A stretch of 64,000 nucleotides of DNA from an uncultured Chloroflexia bacterium (GCA_963765765.1 CAVXYC010000020.1:800001-864000); one strand, 5' to 3'; counted from the first letter of the stretch, positions 11,173 through 22,887 are shown. Made by a program: numbers and translations. Notes: a model not told the origin generated them from the sequence alone.

Positions 11173-11652
11173 TTGGTGGAAGAAATCATCCTTCAGGTCG
11201 AGCGCGTCCTGCGCATCGCCCTGACGGTCATAGCCGCGTATCTCGTGGCCCTATGGATAGCAAGCGTTTGGTGGACATTCCGGGATATTCGCCTTCGCAC
11301 TACCGACCTTTTCCTTCAGATCGCCGCCACACTCCTCGTGGTGATCTTCAACTTCGCCGGCCTCCTGATCTACTTCATTCTGCGACCACCGAGGACGCTG
11401 GCCGAGCTCTACGAGGAATCGCTTGAAGAAGAAGCGGTCCTTCAAGGCATTTACGTCCAGGCGTCCTGTCCGGTCTGCCGACAGCGCGCGGAGCAGGACT
11501 TCATCTTCTGTCCCTGGTGCCAAACGCGCCTGAAGCGGCTGTGCATCCGCTGCGACAGGCCGCTACTACTGCGCTGGAAGGCCTGTCCATCTTGCGGAGA
11601 GGCCGCTACGGGCCCATTGATCGATGAGAAGACGCCAACCGCGCTGATGTAG
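11173..11652 (+). CDS. membrane protein with double zinc ribbon
   Basis: two TM helices followed by CPVC, CPWC, CIRC, CPSC. Confidence 0.8.
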   Translation: MVEEIILQVERVLRIALTVIAAYLVALWIASVWWTFRDIRLRTTDLFLQIAATLLVVIFNFAGLLIYFILRPPRTLAELYEESLEEEAVLQGIYVQASCPVCRQRAEQDFIFCPWCQTRLKRLCIRCDRPLLLRWKACPSCGEAATGPLIDEKTPTALM

Positions 11653-11752
11653 CCCGGCCTGGGAGCGCGGGCGTCCCGACCAGATCTACCTCGCTCGCGT
11701 CGCACGCACCGTTGATAGGGGCATTCAGGGCGGGACCACCCGCGCTCCCAGG

Positions 11753-13930
11753 CTACGCGTAGCGCTTCAGTGCGCGCGCTACGCGGATCTCGACGAAGCT
11801 AAAGTCATCGCCGAGCTGACTCTGAATCTCGGTCAACGTCGTCTCGCCGGCCATGCGAAGAACATCGTTAATCGCGTCGAGCTTGTCCGCGGCTATGAGC
11901 CGATCGACATCGATCTCCTCGCCCGCTTCGAGCCCGTCGGCAAGGTGGCCCTCGATGGTGGACAACGCGAGGCCACGCTCTCGGGCAATGTCCGCGACGC
12001 TCCTGCCTTCTCGAAAAAGGTCGAGCGTCTCACGCATTGAGCTACCGGCTATTCGTCGACCCCGAGGAGCTTCCGCGGGTCGAGCATTTGGAGGCACCGG
12101 CCGCGATGAAGACGCGGCGCGTCGCAGTCCGCGCGCATCCGCATATGAACGTATCGTTTCCAGAAACTCATCGCCAAAGCTAGAGGCCTTCGCCGTTCCA
12201 ATTCCTGGAAGCCGCATCAGCTCATCTATCGAGGACGGCAAGCGACCAGCCATCTCCTGAAGCGTTCTATCGTGGAAGATGACGTACGGTGGCACATTGC
12301 GCTCATCGGCGATTCTCTTGCGCAGAGCCCGCAGATCGTCGAAGAGCTCCGGGTTGGCCTGCATATGGTCGGGCTTGACCGCGGCTGTCCGAGCCCGCGT
12401 GACCAACATCACTCGCTCTTCACCAGTAAGCACGCGCCTTCCGGCGGCTGTCACCGGAGCGCGTTAAATCGCTCCGCATCCTGTGTGGCATACCCATATC
12501 GCACAAGCTGCCTTGCAAGCGCGGACCACTCCTCTTTCGGTCGACCGCGGCCAACGCCATGGGTCGGCAGGGCGTCATGGCCAAAACGTACGATGCGCTC
12601 TGATCTGGCACCGCGCAGTACATCGACCAGATAGGCAACGCCGAATCGTTCTCCCGTGCGTACCGCGCACGACAGCAGCATCTGCGCGGCTACCGTGGCG
12701 TCCTCTGTCTCACCGGGATCTCGACAAACGTCACAGCACGGCTCAGGCCGTTCCTCGAGTTTCTCGTCAAAGTAGGCAAGCAACATCTCACGCCGACAGG
12801 TCGTGCTTTCAGCCCAGCTCTGGACCTGTCGAAGCTGCGCGCGTGCTACCGCCTGAACCTGAGGGGATTCAATCTGCCTGATGAAGTATTCATGCTTCAT
12901 GCTGTCGCCGGCGGCGTAGAAGAGCATGCACTCACTGGGCTCGCCATCACGTCCGGCGCGGCCACTTTCCTGGTAGTAGCCCTCGAGGTTCTTAGGTAAA
13001 TCGTAGTGCATGACAAAGCGTACGTCTGGCTTGTCAATCCCCATGCCGAACGCAATCGTCGCGACGATGATCTGAACATCGTCTCGGACAAACGCTTCCT
13101 GGTGGCGGGAGCGAGTAGCCGGATCGAGGCCCGCGTGATACGGCGCTCCGGAGAAACCATCGCGTCGTAGCTGTGATGCGATCTCTTCGGTACTTGTCCG
13201 AGACTGACAGTAGATGATCCCCGAGCCCCGATCAGCGGAGCGTAAGTACGCCACGATCTGCTCGTACGCGGATTTCTTACCACGGACCTCGTAACTTAGA
13301 TTGGCCCGGTTGAAACTGCCTCGAAACGACGCGGCGCCCTGAAGTCCTAGCTCTCGCTTGATGTCTTCCTGAACGCGTGAAGTGGCGGTGGCCGTAAAGG
13401 CACCGATCGGACAACCGGGAAAAGAGTCGCGAAGATCACGGAGCTGGCGATATTCTGGACGGAAGTCATGGCCCCATTCTGAGATACAGTGGGCCCTCGT
13501 CAATAGCGAAAAGACTGACGTTGCGCTCTTTCAACCAGCCCAGGAAGCTGGGCATCATCAAACGTTCAGGGGCGACGTACAAAATCTTGATCTCACCCCG
13601 AGAGATGGCTGCCTGACGCTCACGCACCTCGGTCCCGGAGAGGGAGCTATTGATGTAAGCGGCGCTCACTCCCAGAGTTTGAAGCGCGTCCACCTGGTCT
13701 TTCATCAGGGCAATGAGCGGGGAGACAACTACAGCGAGCCCTGGCAGCACCAGTCCGGGAAGCTGATAGCACAGCGACTTTCCCCCACCAGTTGGCATGA
13801 GCACGAAGGCGTCGCGCCCCTCGATCAACGAGAAAACGACGTCTTCCTGCAGGGGCCGGAAGGAACTGAAACCGAATGTTGAGCGGAGCGTCTGTAGGGC
13901 TTGTTCCTGCAGCGTCGGGGATAGGGACAT
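11753..13930 (-). CDS. recQ: DNA helicase RecQ (helicase-RQC-HRDC-HTH), two frameshifts
   Basis: MPTGGGKSLCYQLP, DE/AHCISEWGHDFRPEY, YYQESGRAGRDG, HRDC NVPPYVIFHDRTL. Confidence 0.92.
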
Positions 13931-13991
13931 CGCTAGATATTAGAGACTCCGCTGTCATCAAACAACAACGCGCGGCCCAGCAAGCGATGCC

Positions 13992-14555
13992 TTAAAGGAC
14001 AGGTCCCATGGATGAGATCACACTGGATACCAGTTGGAGTACCGGCTTCAGGTCCACGGTGCTATTCACAAAGATGTGGCGTTCGTCCAGCGGCTCAAAC
14101 GTTTTCACAAGATGCTGGTACACAGCCCAGTCGGCATCAGACTTATCGCTTGGATTCGGCGAATCTTGACGATGCTGCAGCCGCTTGCGAATCACATGTT
14201 CCGGCGCCCAGACCACAAGCGCCAGGAATTGTGCCCTGGCGGCTCTGGCGAGGTCCTGTAGCCTCTTGCGATGAGACTTGCGAAGGTTCGTCGCGTCAAA
14301 AATGACATCCTGGCCTCGAGACAGTTTCTGGCGCAGACGCTGCTGCGCGACGTTGTGGACCCACGCGCTTTCTGCCGGCAAATACGTTGGTACAGACACC
14401 AACGCCTTGCGAATCGCGTCAGTCTGGACGATGTCCGCGCCAATAGCTTCCTTGAGTCGTTGCGCTACCGTGGACTTTCCGGTGCCAGGTGGGCCCACCA
14501 GGACCAGTAATGTAGGAGGCCGGGACGAAGCGGTCTGTTTAGATTCATCCGTCAC
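13992..14555 (-). CDS. AAA_33-type P-loop kinase
   Basis: GPPGTGKS, VIFDATNL, SDADWAVY. Confidence 0.8.
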   Translation of the reverse strand: MTDESKQTASSRPPTLLVLVGPPGTGKSTVAQRLKEAIGADIVQTDAIRKALVSVPTYLPAESAWVHNVAQQRLRQKLSRGQDVIFDATNLRKSHRKRLQDLARAARAQFLALVVWAPEHVIRKRLQHRQDSPNPSDKSDADWAVYQHLVKTFEPLDERHIFVNSTVDLKPVLQLVSSVISSMGPVL

Positions 14556-14694
14556 GGTTCAGGCCGCTCATGGGATCATACGTAGCGAGGTTGCCAACGG
14601 AACTCACTGGAACTTCCCGAACGTCTGGGGCGTTACTCTCACGGACGGTCGGCGTGTCCCACTCGAGTGTCTGGCACCAACCTAAGCTCAAGGG

Positions 14695-16383
14695 GTGTGC
14701 GTGGTAGCTATCGGAGACGTTCTTGCCAGTCGCTATGTCATTGAAGAGCGACTCGGCCAGGGCGGAATGGCGGCCGTCTATCGAGCCCGCGATCAACAGC
14801 TTGGACGTGCCGTCGCCATAAAGGTGCTCCACCAGCAATTCTCTGAGGACCCTGAGCTGGTAGCCCGTTTCCAGCAGGAGGCGCGGGCCGCGGCCGCGCT
14901 CAGTCATCCACATATTGTGGAAGTGTATGACGTTGGGACAGACCAGGGCGCCCTCTTCATCGTTATGGCCCTGGCAACGGGCGAAAACTTCGGCAGCATT
15001 CTGCAACGAGAAGGCCGGCCGTCTCCTGCTGAGGTCGCCCGAATCGGGGCGTCAATCGCGGATGCGCTGGCCTATGCACATCGCAATGGTGTCATTCATC
15101 GCGACGTCAAACCCCAGAACATCCTGATAGACCCCGATGGTCGCGTGCGTCTGGCCGACTTCGGGATCGCGGAGATTGCCGGCACATCCGGACTCACGCA
15201 GAGTGGCTGGGTCATGGGGACCGCCTACTATCTCTCACCAGAGCGGGCGCAGGGCGAGGCGGGCGGCGCGGCCGCGGATATTTACTCACTGGGTGTGGTG
15301 CTCTATGAGGCACTGGCCGGACGTCGTCCGTTCTCCGGTGCGAATCCAGTCGCCATAGCGCTGCAGCAGCTCCAGCACGCGGCACCGCCACTTTCATCGC
15401 TTGCCCCGGACGCTCCAACATCACTCATTGCCGCCATTGACCGATCGATGGCCTACGAGCCGGGTTCGCGTTACCCAAATGCTGAGGAGCTCGCCCGTGA
15501 CTTGAGAGCAGCCGCGAGCATGGACCCGCCCACCATACGTCAGCAAGCGGTCCCTGCCGACGCGCCTACCCAGAGAGCTCCCGTGGCTACCACTTCGGTT
15601 CGGCCAGCGGTTCAGCCAGTGCCCGCCCGCCTTGCTCCACGTAACAAGCCTTCGCAACCTCTGGTGGCTTCGGCCGCGCGCGGATTGATGACTGGAATTC
15701 TCGTCGTGGCCACGATCGTTGGGTCACTTATTCTCGGAGTCTGGCTGGTCGGTCAATACGGCGCGCCGCTCATTCGCCGATTCACACCGTCCGCGGCGTC
15801 GACTTCTACCCCGGCGGCGGTTGTAGTGCCGACTGCGACACGCGCTGCTCCGACTGCAACTTCGCTCCCTGTGACGCCAACGAGCGTCCCACCTACCAAT
15901 ACGAGCGTGCCGGCAACCGCCACGGCGACGCGCACTCCCGCTCCACCCACAGCGACCACAGCACCGCCGAAGCCGACGCTGCTTGAAGTTCCGAACGTGG
16001 TTGGGCGACAGCGGAATGAGGCGGAGGACACGCTACGGCGCGCTCAGCTCGCCGTCACGGTCCGGGAAGTTGCCGACCCGGCCCGCCCCGTCGGCGTCGT
16101 GCTCAGTCAATCGCCGGCGGCGGGCCAACGGCTTGAGCCGGGCGGCGTTGTGAACATCAGCGTCAATCGACCGCCTGCATCCCCAGGCGTGAGAGTCCCG
16201 AATGTGGAGGGTATGGATGCACCCGAGGCGCGCCGTACGTTGGAATCGGCCGGATTCAAAGTCGTCGTAGCGGAGACGCAGGCACAGCAAGGACAGGGGA
16301 AGGGAACGGTGGTGAATCAGGTCCCCGATTCGGCCGCGACCGTCGAGTCAGGGTCATCTGTAAGAATCGAGATTGGTACGTAG
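14695..16383 (+). CDS. Ser/Thr protein kinase with TM segment, Thr/Pro-rich linker and two PASTA domains (PknB-like)
   Basis: LGQGGMAAVY, HRDVKPQN, DFG, VPNVVG and VPNVEG PASTA starts. Confidence 0.92.
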   Translation: MCVVAIGDVLASRYVIEERLGQGGMAAVYRARDQQLGRAVAIKVLHQQFSEDPELVARFQQEARAAAALSHPHIVEVYDVGTDQGALFIVMALATGENFGSILQREGRPSPAEVARIGASIADALAYAHRNGVIHRDVKPQNILIDPDGRVRLADFGIAEIAGTSGLTQSGWVMGTAYYLSPERAQGEAGGAAADIYSLGVVLYEALAGRRPFSGANPVAIALQQLQHAAPPLSSLAPDAPTSLIAAIDRSMAYEPGSRYPNAEELARDLRAAASMDPPTIRQQAVPADAPTQRAPVATTSVRPAVQPVPARLAPRNKPSQPLVASAARGLMTGILVVATIVGSLILGVWLVGQYGAPLIRRFTPSAASTSTPAAVVVPTATRAAPTATSLPVTPTSVPPTNTSVPATATATRTPAPPTATTAPPKPTLLEVPNVVGRQRNEAEDTLRRAQLAVTVREVADPARPVGVVLSQSPAAGQRLEPGGVVNISVNRPPASPGVRVPNVEGMDAPEARRTLESAGFKVVVAETQAQQGQGKGTVVNQVPDSAATVESGSSVRIEIGT

Positions 16384-16505
16384 CGAAATGCGTCTCGGCG
16401 GTGATACTCGCCTCGTCCAGCGTTCGGCCCCTCATCAGAGCGGAGAAGGTATTTGCAAAGAGACGGGCCAACCGCGCACTCGGTTAGCCGGCCGTAAGCG
16501 ACACA

Positions 16506-16727
16506 CTACGGTATTCGGATATTCGTGGCCCGTGTGCCCCGACCTCGCACATCCTGCATGAGTTCGAATTCGAGCTCCTGGCCTTCGGCGAGACTATCGA
16601 ATACACCCCGCGGCAACGCCCCGTGATGAAAGAAAATTTCTTGCCCGTCTTCAGTACGGATAAAACCAAACCCCCGCTCCCGAATCATTCTTACAATCCT
16701 ACCTCGCTGCATCCGACGCTCCTTCAT
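16506..16727 (-). CDS. cold-shock domain protein
   Basis: RGFGFI (RNP1) and IFFHH (RNP2). Confidence 0.85.
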   Translation of the reverse strand: MKERRMQRGRIVRMIRERGFGFIRTEDGQEIFFHHGALPRGVFDSLAEGQELEFELMQDVRGRGTRATNIRIP

Positions 16728-16771
16728 CGGGCCCCGGCCGCGTTCGCTGACAACTGTCGCGTGGTACCCTT

Positions 16772-16902
16772 AGCCCCCGACATGCAGATGTCGTGCCAGC
16801 GCTCAGTGGACCCAAACGTGCACCAGGGGCGCTCTCGGCAGGCCGGCACCCAGAAAGAGCGCGGTTCGTAACTGAAGGTACGCACGCCGTGTGCCGACGG
16901 CT
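16772..16902 (+). ncRNA. candidate compact 6S (SsrS) RNA
   Basis: long irregular rod: cgtgcc/ggtacg, tcagt/actga, ggacc/ggttc; central A/C-rich bubble; GGGGCGC...GCACCC apical pairing; TGGTACCCT extended -10-like motif just upstream. Confidence 0.45.
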
Positions 16903-17005
16903 AAAGCGCCCGCCTTCGCCTTTAGTCGATTGGCTGACGCATGCTATGCTGAGGTCTTGAGCACGCTCTGAGATGGGGCGGAGCTCGCCTTCGGAGGGGT
17001 AGAGG

Positions 17006-17533
17006 TTGGAGCAAGGAATCAGCGATTTCGGCGAAGTACATCGCCTCGAGGCCGACGCCATCGGTCCACCCGGCCGTCGAGCGTTTCGGATCATCGCTGA
17101 ATCGGAGCGCGGCCGAGTTTGGCTTCGCGTGGAGCGTCAGCAGCTCGAGGCTCTGGCAATGCTCATCGAGCAGCTCATCAGCGGTGTGTATGCGCTGGAT
17201 TTGCGCGCGATGCGCGGAATTAACCCGGCTGAGCCGCAAACCGTGGACACCGAGCCGTCTCCAACCATGGAGCTCCATGTAGGTCAAATGGCGCTGGGCT
17301 TTGATGAAGAGCAGAACACTTACTTACTGCTCGTGCACGATGTCGAGAGCGACAACGACGGCCCACCCACATTTAGCTGCGTCGCGACCCGTCAGCAGCT
17401 TCGCACGCTAGCCGCGACGATTGGTCCTCTGGTCGACCGGTGGTCGCCCAAGATGCCCAATGTGCGACGCGCCGCTGGGATCGGAGCCACACGTATGTGC
17501 TCGATCCAACGGGCACGCGAAGTACGCGGCTGA
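17006..17533 (+). CDS. DUF3090 family protein; C-terminal Zn-finger shifted out of frame
   Basis: DAIGPPGRRAFRI, VERQQLEALA, VGQMALGFD; GRPRCPMCDAPL...HVCARSNGH in an alternative frame. Confidence 0.75.
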   Translation: MEQGISDFGEVHRLEADAIGPPGRRAFRIIAESERGRVWLRVERQQLEALAMLIEQLISGVYALDLRAMRGINPAEPQTVDTEPSPTMELHVGQMALGFDEEQNTYLLLVHDVESDNDGPPTFSCVATRQQLRTLAATIGPLVDRWSPKMPNVRRAAGIGATRMCSIQRAREVRG

Positions 17534-17818
17534 TCTGTAACTAGGGCCCGGATAACAGGGCTTCCCGAAAGTACCCACCGCAACTCTTTCCGCGCGGCAG
17601 AGGGAGCCGGAAGCTGAGAAATCTCGAGAATCTGACTCCCTCCTTGTCGCGCTGGGCGGGTTGGGTGGGGTCGTGCTCAGCCGCATCACACAGCAACGTT
17701 TAACTCGTTGAAGCAGCTCGTCCACGGACGATCAGTTGTCTCTAGCGGCGAGTGAACCACCGCCAAATGTTGACCGGCGACGATCATTAAGCCCAACGGA
17801 GCCCGTGCATGCGTTGGG

Positions 17819-17824
17819 TATAAT
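17819..17824 (+). promoter_or_regulatory. sigma70-type -10 box upstream of accDA
   Basis: perfect TATAAT about 45 bp before the start, next to a cccaacg...cgttggg inverted repeat. Confidence 0.45.
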
Positions 17825-17869
17825 ACGTGCGATTGATCGCCCAGAATCTGAGATCTCCGAGCCACTTTT

Positions 17870-19699
17870 TTGACTGACACACCCACCGGCGATCGAACCG
17901 TTTGCCCGCGGTGTAGCGCATCGCTTGAGAGTGGCACGCTTTACAACCGCTATCACGTTTGCGACAGCTGCGGACTGCATTTCCAGATCTCGGCTCGACA
18001 GCGGCTCGAGCAACTTGTAGACGAAGGCAGCTTCCGCGAGGTCAATCAACGTCTCGCCGGTGGCGATCCACTCACTTTCGCCGATCGAGTCCCGTACCTG
18101 GACCGCCTGAACCAGGCGCGTGAACGCACTGGTATCGATGAGGCAGTCATTACGGGAACGGCCCGCATCAATGGCCTTCAGTGTGTGCTGGCGATCAGTG
18201 AGTTCGGTTTCCTGGGCGGAAGCATGGGCTCAGCCGTAGGCGAGAAGGTTGCTCTTGCCATGGAGCTGTCAATGAGCAAGCAGCTCCCATTTGTGAGCAT
18301 TGCAGCAAGCGGTGGCGCCCGAATGCAGGAAGGCATGCTCTCGCTGGTGCAGATGGCCAAGACGGCCGCCGCAGCTATGCGCCTGCACAAGTCTGCAGTG
18401 CCATTCATTTCAGTGCTCACTGATCCAACGACGGGCGGAGTTTACGCGAGCTATGCGTCGCAGGGTGACATCCTTATCGCCGAATCAGGGGCCCTTGTTG
18501 GTTTTGCGGGCCCGAGGGTGATCGAGCAGCTCACGGGGCACGCGATTCCCCCCAATGCGCAGACGGCCGAGCTTCTTCTGGAGCAAGGGCAGATTGATGC
18601 CGTCGTCGAGCGCCCAAAACTTCGTGGGCTCCTGGCCATGCTCATCCAGATCTTGTATCGGCCATGGGACTTGAAAGCTCGCGGTGATGTTGAGCTGTAT
18701 CGGCCAACGCCCACGCCGCCTGCTTCTGCATGGCAGGCTGTCGAGCTAGCTCGGCATGATCAGCGCCCCACCGCGTGCGATTACATTCGACGCATGATGC
18801 CGCTTTTCGTGGAGCTGCGCGGCGACCGGCTCTATGGTGACGATCCAGCTGTCGTCGCGGGCGTTGGAGACTTGGGCGGAATTACCTGTGTTGTCATCGC
18901 CCAGGAGCGGGGACACGGCGATGACGCGGAGCACCGTCGGGGCGGGAAGATGCGGCCCGAAGGCTATCGCAAGGCGGAGCGCATGATGCGCCTAGCCGCG
19001 GATCTGAATCTCCCGCTTATCACCTTGATCGATACTCCCGGTGCTTCGTTGGACTTCGACTCTGAAGCACGCGGCCTTGCGCCGTCCATCTCCAATTGTC
19101 TGGCGCGCATGTCCATCACACCGGTGCCAATCATTGCCACGGTTATCGGCGAAGGTGGCAGCGGTGGTGCGTTAGCATTGGGCCTGGCGGACCGCATCCT
19201 CATGCAAGAGAACTCGATTTATTCTGTCATTGCTCCGGAAGGCGCGGCGGCCATTCTCTACCACGATGCACAAAGGGCGCGAGACGTTGCGGATGCGCTC
19301 AAGCTATCAGCCGCCGATGCAAGCGTCCTCGGGGTTGTCGACACGCTCGTACCGGAGCCTCAGGGCGGAGCGCACCTGGATCCCGACTACGCGGCTGTGC
19401 TGCTACGAAATTACATCCTAGATGCTCTCGTTGAGCTGCGTAAGATCAGTTCCAACAAGCTTCTGGATGAGCGCTACCGGAAGTTTCGCCGTATGGGTCA
19501 GGTGGCCGAGCGCCGAGAAGGCTTTACCCATGAACTGGAAGAGATCCAAAAACGCTTCGTCTCAGCGTTCGATCACATTCGTTATCGCTTTCCCAACCGT
19601 CAGGGGGATTCGGATAAATTGGGCGAACCAGCAACGGAAGACGGCGCCGTCTCCGATGTCGTGACACCCGAGGGGTTAGTGGCGGATCAGCCGCGATAG
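17870..19699 (+). CDS. accDA: acetyl-CoA carboxylase carboxyltransferase, fused beta-alpha subunits
   Basis: CPRC...CDSC Zn finger, FLGGSMG, SGGARMQEG, PTTGGV, then PEGYRKA and GEGGSGGAL. Confidence 0.9.
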   Translation: MTDTPTGDRTVCPRCSASLESGTLYNRYHVCDSCGLHFQISARQRLEQLVDEGSFREVNQRLAGGDPLTFADRVPYLDRLNQARERTGIDEAVITGTARINGLQCVLAISEFGFLGGSMGSAVGEKVALAMELSMSKQLPFVSIAASGGARMQEGMLSLVQMAKTAAAAMRLHKSAVPFISVLTDPTTGGVYASYASQGDILIAESGALVGFAGPRVIEQLTGHAIPPNAQTAELLLEQGQIDAVVERPKLRGLLAMLIQILYRPWDLKARGDVELYRPTPTPPASAWQAVELARHDQRPTACDYIRRMMPLFVELRGDRLYGDDPAVVAGVGDLGGITCVVIAQERGHGDDAEHRRGGKMRPEGYRKAERMMRLAADLNLPLITLIDTPGASLDFDSEARGLAPSISNCLARMSITPVPIIATVIGEGGSGGALALGLADRILMQENSIYSVIAPEGAAAILYHDAQRARDVADALKLSAADASVLGVVDTLVPEPQGGAHLDPDYAAVLLRNYILDALVELRKISSNKLLDERYRKFRRMGQVAERREGFTHELEEIQKRFVSAFDHIRYRFPNRQGDSDKLGEPATEDGAVSDVVTPEGLVADQPR

Positions 19700-21193
19700 A
19701 ACGGAATGACGTAGCGCGTCAAGCACGTTAGATTCAGCGCAGCAAGCCCAAAAATTGTCATCCCCGCCAGGTAGGCTTGGACTCGCGAACTGTCGGCTTT
19801 CTGATGATTCTCATTCGCTGATATGCGGACGTACCCATAGCCGAGTGCTGCTGTGAGCAGCGCAAAGACAGCAACGCTCTTCAGCCCTAAATCCCAATCA
19901 TTGATTCCGCCCACGGCCGTGGCCAACGCGAGAGAAGCCCAGAGTATGGCTATTGCAGGCACTATCCGGCGTTGAGGCCATGCGAGCTTGAGCCAACCCA
20001 CCGAGAGAATGACCGCGATAGCTCCGAGAGCTGGAAACAAGTAGCGCCCCTGCGCCTGAATGAACGACAGGTTGTAGTACAGAAGCTGACCCGCAGCAAG
20101 CACCAGGGACACCCACAGAATCATCATTGCCTTAGCTTGACTCGCGCTCCGACCCGTCCAGAGTCCGTACAGTGCCAGCAGAACGAACCCACCGTAAAGC
20201 CCGTAGATCAGATTGTCCACGACGATAGCCATCCAACCGAACTGGGCGAAAAAACTGTGAAACACGGTGACCGTGAGATAGATCCAATTGTCGAGTCCCA
20301 AGTCTGCGTAGCGCGGCTGACCGATGACCACCGCATCGTGTCGGCGCTGTGCGAGTACATCCTCCCAACCGTAGATGCTTGCCGAGCGGACGAACCACCA
20401 GCCAGAAACCATGACGGTCACGAGTGCACTCAACATCAGGCGGCTGGCGTGCCTCGATCGAATAACGGAGTGCTTCTGTCTCACAGTGACTAGCAGAACG
20501 ATCCCGACAGCCATCAGCACGACGACATACACGGTCAACTTGGTGAGAAGCAGAAGCCCCAAAAGTATGCCCAACTGTAGGGCGAGAGCGACTGGCGGAG
20601 CCGAGAGACCTTCCGTGCCCGATTGGTGCCACCAGCGCGTCCAGCGAACCAGTATAAGGGTGGTGGCAGCGGCGAGGAACATTGACAGCAGGTCATTGTT
20701 TATCGATGCGGCGCTCGCCGTGACCATAGGGATCAACAGCGCGATAGCCGTTGCCAGTATGCCCGTATTCGCACCGCCTCCTGTGGACTCTCGAGCGAGT
20801 CGATAGACGACCAGGCCGAACAGGATTCCCAGACCAATGGAAACGGCACGGAGTACGAGCACCCGGACGCGGAGTGATGCGCCAGATGTCGCCGAATACA
20901 CTGGCGCCGCGAGCAAGTAGTAGAGCGGCGGTTGATGAGACTCATATCGCAGCGCACTTACATCCAAGCGCGGGTGGAATCGCTCTGGGATCGCCCGATT
21001 CAGCAGGTCTTGATCCCAGTCGCGTGATACAAGCTCGGGAAGGGCGTGACGCTCCGCGACGAAAGCTACGTAGTTGTAATGTGCAGGCTCATCCGGGTTA
21101 TTCCACGGAGGAGTGAACCAGGCGTAGCCTAGGGCTAGTCCGGTGTAGACCAGCAGGACGAGCGCAAGCCCGACCCGTTCCGGTCGGCTCACT
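19687..21193 (-). CDS. polytopic GT-C-like glycosyltransferase (DUF2142/PMT-like); in frame with metG in this assembly
   Basis: PPWNNPDEPAHYNYV, YESHQPPLYY, SINND, QAQGRYLFP; many TM helices. Confidence 0.75.
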
Positions 21194-22818
21194 CTTCGGT
21201 CAGGAACCTCGAGCTTCACGAACAACGGCGTCGGCTTTGGCAGAGCTTGTCCGGCGGGGAGGTTGCGACGCATCCAACCTTGATCCGCTGGAGAATCGCT
21301 CCAACCAAGCAGGCCATGAAGCTTTTCGGAGCTGAACGGTACGAAGGGGCTGAACAGGATCTTGATTCCGTCCAGGGCATTCAACAATGTCGCAATCGTC
21401 GCCGCCGCCGCCTTTGGATCCTGCTTCACTTGGACCCACGGCGCCCGCTCGTCGAAGTATCGGTTTCCGGCCTGCGCCACTGACATCGCATCTCTGAGCG
21501 CATCCTTCAGATGTACGGCATCCAGGTGGTCGGCTATACGGTTAAACGAGCTATCGACCAGCGCAAGGAGCTCTGCTTCAGGGTCAGCGTCCGGAACACG
21601 TCCATCAAAGTAGCGCTGCGTAAATGTCAGCGTCCGATGCACCAGGTTTCCCCAAGTAGCCACCAGCTCATCGTTGATACGACGCACGAAGTCATCAACG
21701 GCGAAATTGGTATCCGCGGATTCAGGGCCGTTCGCTATCAGGTAATAGCGGATGGCATCCGGCTGGAATGCCGCCAGCATGTCGGGCACTGTGGTCCCGA
21801 TTCCTGCGCTTTTAGAGGCCTTCTGGCCGCCGAAGTTCATGTACTCATTGGCAGGCACGTCGTATGGGAGGATCGTGTCTCCACGAGCCATCAGAATGGC
21901 CGGCCAGATCACCGTGTGAAACGGAATGTTGTCTTTGCCGATGAAGTTGTATTGGCGCGCTTTGGGGTTCTTCCACCAGCGCTCCCACGCGTCTGGCTCC
22001 CCCTTAAGCGCCGCCCATTCGATAGATGCAGATAGGTATCCAGTGCACGCCTCGAACCATACGTAGATGCGTTTGTCCTCATAGCCCTCGAGCGGAATTG
22101 GAACGCCCCACTCGAGATCCCGCGTAATAGCGCGAGGCTGCAGTCCGCCTTCAAGGAAGTTCATGGTGAACTTGTAAACGTTTGGTCGCCAGTAGGTTTT
22201 CGGGCGCACCCAATCGATGAGCTGCGGGTTCAGCTTCGGCAGATCCATGAAGAAATGCTCAGTGGAACGTACCACTGGGGTTGACCCGCTGAAGCGACTG
22301 CGAGGATCGAGAAGCTGGTCCGCATCAAGCAACCGGCCACAGTTCTCGCATTGGTCGCCACGGGCGCGCTCGTATCCGCAATGTGGACAGGTGCCTTCGA
22401 CATAGCGATCGGGCAGATATCGCCCGACTTGTTCGTCATACAGCGCATCCACTGATTCGCTGAAAAGGTAGCCCTTCTGCAACAGATCCAGAAACTCGGC
22501 TTGCACCACCTCGCGATGATTCTCCGTCATCGTGTGGGTGTAGAGGTCGAAGCTGATGCCCAGATCACGCCAGTATCCGAGGAACTCATCGTGATATCGC
22601 TCGACGACTTCTCGGGGAGTAACCCCCTCCTGGTCTGCCCGAACCGTGATTGGAGTCCCGTGAGCATCCGATCCAGACACCATGAGCACATCGTTTCCGC
22701 GTAGCCGCTGGAAACGCGCGAACACGTCACCAGGCACGTACACGCCCGCCAGATGCCCCACGTGAAGGGAGCCATTGGCGTACGGCCAGGCAGTGCAAAC
22801 GAGGATGGTGTCAGGCAT
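21190..22818 (-). CDS. metG: methionine--tRNA ligase
   Basis: AWPYANGSLHVGH (HIGH), CPHC/CENC Zn knuckle, GKDNIPFH, KASKS (KMSKS). Confidence 0.95.
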
Positions 22819-22887
22819 AGAGATTCGACTTCCGGGGCGACAGTGGATGCGGGATTATATCAGGGGTGCCTCAGAGGAACGGGAAAC

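Noticed and set aside
17870-19699. AccD-AccA fusion as a novelty
   Set aside because: Fused carboxyltransferases are already known in several bacterial groups.
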